Shown here: one piece after another, positions 54,797-64,000 of the stretch | Position numbering within the stretch: position 1 is the stretch's first letter | How the letters are laid out: each line of letters opens with the position of its first letter | The notes under the pieces: generated by a model | Seen by the model: only the letters and a program-made list of their open reading frames with translations | Told to the model about the DNA's origin: nothing | Database searches by the model: none | Program-made: the position numbers and the translations under genes | Assembly (NCBI GenBank): GCA_951406725.2 | Contig: OX597827.1 | Coordinates: forward strand, 63,240,001 to 63,304,000 | DNA: 64,000 nucleotides | DNA from: Octopus vulgaris | Lineage: Eukaryota | Direction of reading: 5' to 3'

Positions 54797-54836
<40 letters not shown>

Positions 54837-55029
54837 ATATACCAATGTATGTGTATATATATATATATATGTATATTTGTATATGTGCTCCAGCATGGCC
54901 GTGGCCTTCGGGCTAAAACATTTTTAAGGATTTATATATGATATATGCAGGTACGTTTTCACATATACGTACATATACGTATATGAATGTATAAACGTAT
55001 ACATATGTGAGCGTATGCATGTGTGCGTG

Positions 55030-55170
55030 TGTGGTAAGTAGCTTGCTTCCTAACCACATGATTCCGGGTTCAGTCCCACTGCGTGGCACCTTGGGCTGAT
55101 GTCTTTTACTATGGCTTCGGGCCGACCAAAGCTTGTGATTTGGTAGACGGAAACTGAAAAACAGACTCGT

Positions 55171-55244
<74 letters not shown>

Positions 55245-55450
55245 CGTGTCTATCTTTATTCCCTGTCACCGTCTGGCATCCGGTGTTGGTGCTTTTACGC
55301 ACCCGTGACTTAGTCGTTCGGCAAAAGATACCGATAAGATACGTAACAGACCTTTCAAAAATATAAAATAAGTACTAGGGTCGATTCATTCAACTAAAAG
55401 TTCATCAAGGCGTTGCCCCAGCATGGCCTCGGTCCAATAACTGAAACATG
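55030..55450 (+). mobile_element. SINE family A, diverged
   Basis: Head-to-tail similarity. Confidence 0.85.
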
Positions 55451-55930
55451 AAGAAAACAAAAGACGAAAGATATACGCATATATATATGTATATATATTT
55501 GAATTTTACTTAATAATCAATACATATACGTATTCTTTTACAAATACCGAACGCGCGATATTATCGCAACTATGTATGTTTTTTGGATATTTGGTACTAT
55601 TTATCATAACTTGCTTCTATGTATGTGTATTTGTGTAGGTATACAGACTTACACACGTGAAAACACATAAACACACACACACACAGACACACACATTCGC
55701 GCGCGCAAAAACACTTGAACCAAATCGCACGCAGACACATCAGAAAACATTTTCTGTTTTTGATTGATTTCCGATGGACTAAAATTCAATAGATGTCACG
55801 CAAAATTCTGTAGACATATACATACAGGCTTACAATTATACACACGCACCCACACACACACACAAACATATACATACATACAAATATACTTACACATACA
55901 TATGCACCTATATATGTGTTTTATACATGT

Positions 55931-55982
<52 letters not shown>

Positions 55983-56089
55983 GGATAATTCATAGATATA
56001 CTCATATAAATAAATATATTTATGTATGTATATATGTATGTATATATGTATGTATGTATGTATTATGTAGATTTGCATATATATGTATG

Positions 56090-56120
<31 letters not shown>

Positions 56121-56339
56121 ACATATGTTTATATCAATAACAACATTCAATATTGAACTTAACACGAACATAACCATAATTAATTTGCTAGACACCATAT
56201 CAGTCTTAGTGACTGGTAAACGTCAGCGTTATAGAATTCTGAACGAAATTCACGTGTGAGCCAACGGAAATTCTAACCACACTCCGAAGACAGTTAAACT
56301 ATTAGTTGCCAATGTTATATAGAAGGATATCTAATATAA

Positions 56340-56544
56340 CGGGGAAGTTTACGAAAATAAACAAAAGACGAAGGCAGGCGGAGTACAAACAAACAAATGT
56401 ATTAGTATAGCGCTCAGGAATAGAAATAGAAAAGGTCTTTTAGGTTTCGAGCCTACGCTCATCGACAGAAAGATACCCAGAAAAAAAACAAGGAGAAAAA
56501 CAAGGAGAGAAAAAATGTGTGTTGGAGCTAACGATATATCATGT
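56340..56544 (-). mobile_element. HHR element family F with 14-bp TSD (motif 56436-56473)
   Basis: TSD gatatctaatataa at 56326-56339 / 56545-56558; minus strand TCTTT-CTGTCGA-t-GAGC gtag GCTC-GAAACCTA-AAAGA. Confidence 0.85.
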
Positions 56545-56734
56545 GATATCTAATATAATCTGATAAGGTAATCTATAATTCAACTGCAAGTTATTAAAAT
56601 GATGCATTAGAAAAGTATGGTTAAAATAACAACTGTCATGCTTATCCATGGATGTGTTGCCACGAATCTAACAGAAGTACTTAACATTGCCAAATTTAAT
56701 TTGTCTCTCAGCAAAGCTACAGTGTCTAAAACCT

Positions 56735-56910
56735 ATTTTTTAATTACTCACAAGAGGCTAAACATAGAGGGGACAAACAAGGACAGACATAGTTATTAAG
56801 TCGATTACATCGACCCCAGTGCGTAACTGGTGCTTAATTTATCGACCCCGAAAGGAAGAAAAGCAAAGTCGACCTCAGCGTAATTTGAACTCACAACGTA
56901 ACGGCAGACG
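56735..56910 (-). mobile_element. SINE family B, 5'-truncated
   Basis: Reverse-complement match; flanking cagtgtctaa duplication. Confidence 0.9.
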
Positions 56911-57009
56911 CCTATCAGTGTCTAATACCGCTTGATATTTCTTAATTCTATTTACAAAAAAAAAAAAAAATAATAATAATGAATGAAAATTTTCTCGCGT
57001 TTTGTCATT

Positions 57010-57467
57010 CTTCGTCTTCTTAATCTTTTTTTTTTTTTTTTGTCCCTTGCGGAGCATAAGGCATCAACAGTTGTTTTCCACTTTTTGCGATCATTGACGT
57101 GTTTCTTGGCTGCTTCCCATGTGAGGTCGGTGGTCCTGAGCTCGTCCAAAATGCTCCGCTTCTATGTCTGCTTCGGGTGTCCTCGCTTCCTTTTCCTCTA
57201 CGGCTTCCAGTCAAGTGCTTGTCGTGTCACATTTGAGGGTTCTTTCCGCAGTGCGTGTCCGATCCATCTCCATTTCCTTCGTCTAATCTGAACATGATTG
57301 GGCTCTTGGTTGGCCCTTTCCCACTGGTCGGTGTTTGGCACTCTGTCGAACCTCGTCCGGTGAGATGATCTGCCGGAGACGTTTGTTGATGAAGGTCTGG
57401 ATTTTCTTGTAGTTGCTGCAGGTGGATCTCCATGTTTCAGAGCCATATAAAAGCACAGATTTTACGT
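57010..57467 (-). mobile_element. RTE-clade LINE 3' fragment
   Basis: VKSVLLYGSETW..QIRRRKWRWIGHALRKEPSNVTRQALDWKP..DELRTTDLTWEAAKK. Confidence 0.92.
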
Positions 57468-57845
57468 ATCACAAATTATTTAACCACAACAAAATCAAGA
57501 TCAGTTCTACCTGTATGAAAACTTTCGGGAAAATCTGAAAAATTTGAAAGGACAGACCGAGTAATGTTTAAGAAGCTGATCGTATGCATTTACATACATA
57601 CATACATACATACATTCCCTGCCCCTCTTTTTCTTTCTGTCTCCCCTCTTTCTCTCTCTCTCTTCGTCACCACCTTCACCTATACGTAATATTTCTCTCA
57701 CTTCATCATGAGGAATAGTAGGAGTGTCATTGAAAAGTGAGAGAGGGGGTCTAAGTGTGAGACACGGAAATTAGTCTTCGCATTTATTATATTAGATATA
57801 TATATACATATATATACATATATATATATATGTGTGTGTGTGTGT

Positions 57846-57928
<83 letters not shown>

Positions 57929-57986
57929 AACAAATATCTATATGTACGTATATATAAATTTATCATATATACACATACAAAAACAC

Positions 57987-58018
<32 letters not shown>

Positions 58019-58302
58019 ATAAATATACATATATATACATACATTCATACATACGTAGGCACTCACATATACACAAACACACTGATACATAGACAGGAAT
58101 ATATAATCTTTTCAAATGCAGGAATCCTACCTTTAAAATATATATAATACGTTATACCAAACGTGCCAGTCTATATGTTATTTCCTTATGAAATGAATAT
58201 ATACTTTACATATATAATGTTCCGAGTCCATTATGAATCTGTTGTGTTCTTGTAGTTCATCTGTTTACCATATAACCACACGCGCGCGCGCGCACACACA
58301 CG

Positions 58303-58341
<39 letters not shown>

Positions 58342-58383
58342 TCACACACTCGGGTATGTATATATGTGTGTGTTTTTATATAT

Positions 58384-58419
<36 letters not shown>

Positions 58420-58520
58420 GTAGGTATGTTTATATGTGTATATATGTGTGTACATATGTATGTATACATATATACCTACATTTTTCTGTGTGCGCGTCTG
58501 TATGGATGTATTTATGTAGG

Positions 58521-58582
<62 letters not shown>

Positions 58583-58595
58583 TATATATACATAC

Positions 58596-58657
<62 letters not shown>

Positions 58658-58815
58658 ATGTATATCTATGTTCATACTATTTATATATATATATATATAT
58701 ATATACTGATATATATATATATATACATACAGACATATATATATATGTATATATATAAATATATATATATATTTATATATATAATACATATATATATATG
58801 TGTATATATATATAC

Positions 58816-58892
<77 letters not shown>

Positions 58893-59194
58893 CATAGAGA
58901 GAGAGAGATATTAGTGATTGTGCTTGCTTGTGTGCATTTGTGCATGGTTGCGTATGTGTAGTGTAATTTAGATATCCAAATTCTTTGATTAGGAAACCAG
59001 CGATTCCAATATAAGGAAATGGTAAAAACAGAACCAGAATAGACATGATTTATTCCATCTTTTACGACAACATGGAGATTGTTTCGACTATGGATAGCAC
59101 TCGCTAGCCAAAACAATCTGTATGTTGTTATAAATGATAGACTAGATTTTTCTGTGTATGCTTGCATATTTATTAGTGTTTGAATGTACAGATA

Positions 59195-59253
<59 letters not shown>

Positions 59254-59261
59254 TATATATG

Positions 59262-59358
<97 letters not shown>

Positions 59359-59405
59359 GTATGTGTATGTATATCTATATATATATGTATGTATATATAT
59401 ATATG

Positions 59406-59442
<37 letters not shown>

Positions 59443-59667
59443 ATGTATGTGTATATATATATCTATATATCTATATCTATCTATATATATATACACAAAC
59501 ACAGGAAGAGAGAGGCTGAGATGCATATAAATGTGACTATATAATTATACATATATGTATATATAACCAAAGTACAAATGTATATACATATACATATATA
59601 TGTATGTGTGTATATATTTTATGATTATATATGCATATATATACAGATGTTTTTACATGTATATATG

Positions 59668-59706
<39 letters not shown>

Positions 59707-59726
59707 GGATAGATAGATAGATAGAT

Positions 59727-59798
<72 letters not shown>

Positions 59799-59809
59799 TA
59801 TATATATAT

Positions 59810-59874
<65 letters not shown>

Positions 59875-59896
59875 AGATAAATATAGATGCATCACA

Positions 59897-59943
<47 letters not shown>

Positions 59944-61035
59944 ATACATACATAACACACACACATTTACATAAACACACACATGCATACACACACATAT
60001 ATTCAGGCCTATAGATATATGTATGTATAAGTACACACATGCATAAGTATACATACATATATAGGCACATTCATACATACATAGATACCTACATGCATGC
60101 ATACATACACACATACATACACACATACATACATACATCCGCACACTCATAAATGCATACACAGATGTATATTCAAACCTATAGATACATCTATGCGAAA
60201 GAACATACATGCATACCCATACATATATGATTCTGTCTGCAAGAAGCCAGGCGATTGACCCTATTAACGAAACAGATCAAGATCATCTTCAATTGATTAC
60301 GTTATGACAGCACACCAAACAAACAAAGAAACAACAACAACATCAAAATATAAAACTAAAATAAATATATAAATAAATGAATGCATAATACATTAAATAT
60401 TACAGCGAAGCAAATATTACTGGATGGCAACATAAATAGACGTACATAAGCTGACTAGATAATTTCACACTCATATATAATGTATATGCTAATATATTTT
60501 TGTGCCTACATATATATATATATATATATGTACACATTCTCCAACACGCGTAGATGCAAGTGTAATATCCGCATTTGATAAAAATCGATAAGTGAGTTTA
60601 TACATATATTTGTTTTAAAAAGTCGATCTTACGTCGCTTTCGACGATGCGTATTTATCTTGTTTGATAAATTGAATTAAATACTCATTTCATTTACGTTC
60701 TATATGGCCGAGTGTTTCGCAGTGACATGCCTTTTTTTTTTTTTTGTACTCTTGCGGGAGTGTACGTGTACGAAGCGAATCTCGTGATTAATAGATACAG
60801 TCAATTTTATATTGCATGGTACGTCATTGAGTGTGTGTATGTGTCTGATGGTCCATCTGCGTATTCTTAACACGCCGGCACATGCTACGAAAAATGCTTC
60901 GGAAAGACGTGGGTATTAAAGAAAGGAAATTCTGAGCAAAGGGCTTTCTAGCGATGATACAATATGTAAAAATATTATCATGATAAACATATTAACGCAT
61001 CTATCAATCTTTATATGTATGTACATTTATATATA

Positions 61036-61218
61036 GGGGGAGAATTCACAAAAAAAACGAAAAGACGAAGACATGTGGTGTAAACAACAAACAGATGTAT
61101 TAGTTTAACACTCGGGAAGGGAAAAAGTCTTTAGCGTTTCGAGCCTTACGCTCTTCCACGGAAAGGAACACAGAAAGAAACAAGGAGAGAAAATAAAGAA
61201 TGTGTAGTGGCTAGCGAT

Positions 61219-61220
<2 letters not shown>
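61036..61220 (-). mobile_element. HHR element family F (motif 61129-61165)
   Basis: Minus strand CTTT-CCGTGGA-a-GAGC gtaag GCTC-GAAACGCT-AAAG; (TA)n flanks. Confidence 0.8.
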
Positions 61221-61262
<42 letters not shown>

Positions 61263-61265
<3 letters not shown>

Positions 61266-61630
61266 TTAACTTGTTTCAGTCATTAGACTGCGACCATGCT
61301 GGGGTACCGCCTTCAAAAATTATTTTAGTCGGATGTATCGAACCCTGTAATTATTCTATCAGTTTTTTGCCGAACCGCTACGTTACTGGGACGTAAACAA
61401 ACCATAATCGACGGTCAGGTGGTGGTAGGGGACAAACTCAGGCACAAATACACCCACACGCATACACACACGACGGGCTTCTTTCAGTTTCCGACTGCCA
61501 AAGCCACTCACAAGGCTTTAATCGGCCCCAGGCTATAATAGAAGACACTTGCCCCGGGTGCCACGTAGGGACCGAATACGGAACCATGTGGTTGAGAAGC
61601 ATGCTTCTTACCCCACAACAACACCTGCGA
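61263..61630 (-). mobile_element. SINE family A, diverged
   Basis: Reverse-complement match. Confidence 0.88.
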
Positions 61631-61672
<42 letters not shown>

Positions 61673-62040
61673 GTGTGTGTGTGGCAAGTGTTCCACTTTC
61701 ACCGATGGTTGCCGTCTCCTCGTGATTCCGTTCATGACCTATCACATAAATAAATATTCAACTCTGTTGCAGATCTTAGTGGTTTAAAGCATAGGTGAGA
61801 GATGAAATTTGAAAATTACCGTCTGCATCTAATTGATCAGGTCAGCACATGTCACCACTCTTCCATAGCTTTCAGTGCATGGATTGACAAGTGAGGTCAC
61901 CACAAATAGACATTTGTACGACATTGGATTGAAGTGATAAAATCTTGTACAAAACAAATAGTCTTTTCTGAGTCTATTTGTGACAGGCCAAAGTAGGATG
62001 ACCAGTAATCACGTGAAACTGGAGGTTTTACTTCAGAGTG

Positions 62041-62209
62041 CATTATTTACATTATTTACATTCGACGGATATTTGTCCTCATCCTGTTTGTTGTTAACAC
62101 AACGTTTTCGGCTGATATACCCTCCAGCCTTCTTCAGGTCTCTAGGGGAAATTTCGAACTTGGGTTCTCATTCCTAAGGTATTTTTCGAAGTTGTTGTTG
62201 TTGTTGTTG

Positions 62210-62305
<96 letters not shown>

Positions 62306-62365
62306 TCACTGCCTGGAATTGAACTCGGAGTCCTGGGGTTTGTAGCCCCACTTCGCCATATGCCC
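62041..62365 (-). mobile_element. Family E: tRNA-like head + (AAT)n + hammerhead-bearing tail
   Basis: Head 62365-62301 with B box gagttcaattcc; HHR 62141-62097; ends in taaataatg repeats. Confidence 0.75.
62097..62141 (-). ncRNA. Hammerhead motif in family E tail
   Basis: Minus strand agac-CTGAAGA-a-GGCTG gagggtatat CAGCC-GAAAACGTT-gtgt. Confidence 0.75.
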
Positions 62366-62385
62366 ACTGGCATATAATAATAATG

Positions 62386-62460
<75 letters not shown>

Positions 62461-62598
62461 TATGTGTATATGGGTACAGGACTCCAGCAACAGTAAACAA
62501 CACGAAGTACGAAAACAACGAGGGCAAAAAAATTGAAAACAGGATAAGTAACACAAAGAACGTCCTTTCATCAGTTGTCGGCTGTCTATCTACTCCTC

Positions 62599-62655
<57 letters not shown>

Positions 62656-63809
62656 CATACATACATACATACATACATACATACATAGATACATATGTGC
62701 ATGCATGTATACATAAATGCATGCATGCATATATACGTACACACGCATACGCGTATGTGTATGCGTGAATAGTTATGTATTTCTGTATAATACCAGGATA
62801 TACTTGTATACGTAAACATATTCCCTATTACGGTTTCTATACTTATTGTTATTTACATTTTCCTCCTCCTCCTCATCATCATCATCACCATCACCGCACG
62901 ATCATCATCATCATCACTATTATCCTTCTTCTAATCATTAGCATCAGCGTCGCCGTCGCCGTCGTCGTCGACGTCCTCGTGGATGTCACCACCATCCTCA
63001 TCGTCGTCTAGCAGAAACATTATCACGCCGGGTGAAATGCTTAGCGGCATTTCGTCTGTCTTCTCGCTTTGAGTTCAAATTCCACCATATTGGTAGCTGA
63101 GTGCTGATACTTTGAAGTGCCCTAATTACTATTGGTATCACATCTACTCTCCTCATTCACTACAGACTTCGTATTTCCCCACTTCAAATCATCGTAGTTG
63201 TTCAGTTTTCCTTCTTCTTTCTCTTTCATCCTGTTGTCACCGGGACATTCTACGTCAATTATCAATCATGTTCTTTCTTTTTTTTACCACAACAATATCC
63301 AGTTTCTGATGTTTAGTCAGGTGAACGCGCTGAATCATTGCATCTCACAGGATTTTGCAATTTTCATTCCTGGGGTTTGTTCATACTATACTATTTGTAA
63401 GTCGTGATTTCCACAGAACTCCCAATGGATCATCCTTGCCACATTGTCATGTTGTCTTTTGTGTTCACTTTGTGCCCATTTCGGGCATTCGCTAACAATG
63501 TGCCACACCGTTACACTCCTCTCACCACACATTCTGCGTTTGTCGTTGTCGATAGTTTTGTCGATTCTACGTTACATATAGTTAGTCCTTAACGCTTGTT
63601 CTTGAGCTGCGCATGTAAGCGCTTCTGTCTCTATCTTCAGGTCACTCCACCTCATCCACAGCCACCGGTCTTCTGTCTTACTGTTCATATCACTTGCAAA
63701 CTGATCGTACTTTTTTGTTCTTCCATGCTATTTCTTTTTTTGTGTGTGTGTTATTTCCTCTTTAAGTTTTACTTTCTTAACACACCAGTTTTAATGACGC
63801 CGGCCTTCT

Positions 63810-63885
<76 letters not shown>

Positions 63886-64000
63886 CTTTGGTATCGTTGG
63901 ACGATCTTCCTTGTGCCGCTGGATCCTGTCTGAATGAAGGGTCTACTACCTCGTCGTCTGTTGCCTGACGTCAGTATACGCATGTATACACAAAGAACGC

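Noticed and set aside
62480-62600. Minus-strand CTGATGA in a repeat-like block
   Set aside because: No closing stem II or GAAA downstream; not a complete hammerhead

Overview
Eukaryotic, AT-rich, microsatellite-saturated non-coding DNA. The tRNA-derived SINE families, the (TA)n/(ATAC)n/(GATA)n/(AAT)n load and a molluscan-type 5S copy point to an octopus (coleoid cephalopod) intron or intergenic region; this is an inference. There is no intact protein-coding gene, and almost all listed ORFs are microsatellite artefacts. Recognisable content: more than 35 SINE copies of at least 5 families, decayed mariner/Tc1/pogo/hAT transposons, 3' fragments of RTE, CR1-type and R4/Dong LINEs, a 5S rRNA pseudogene and two candidate host exons. 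The main hidden signal, read by eye on both strands, is 16 minimal type-I hammerhead ribozyme (HHR) motifs plus partial copies. They have short, mostly palindromic stem III, the architecture known from Penelope-like element (PLE) pseudo-LTRs, and sit in about 12 unrelated short ORF-less sequence contexts. They include non-canonical cores (G3-C8 swap, U4C, a family-wide A6U), a 205-bp unit with a 14-bp target-site duplication, and a tRNA-headed SINE-like element ending in an HHR. About ten 110-450-bp fold-back palindromes occur alongside them. Ribozyme activity and novelty cannot be established from sequence alone.
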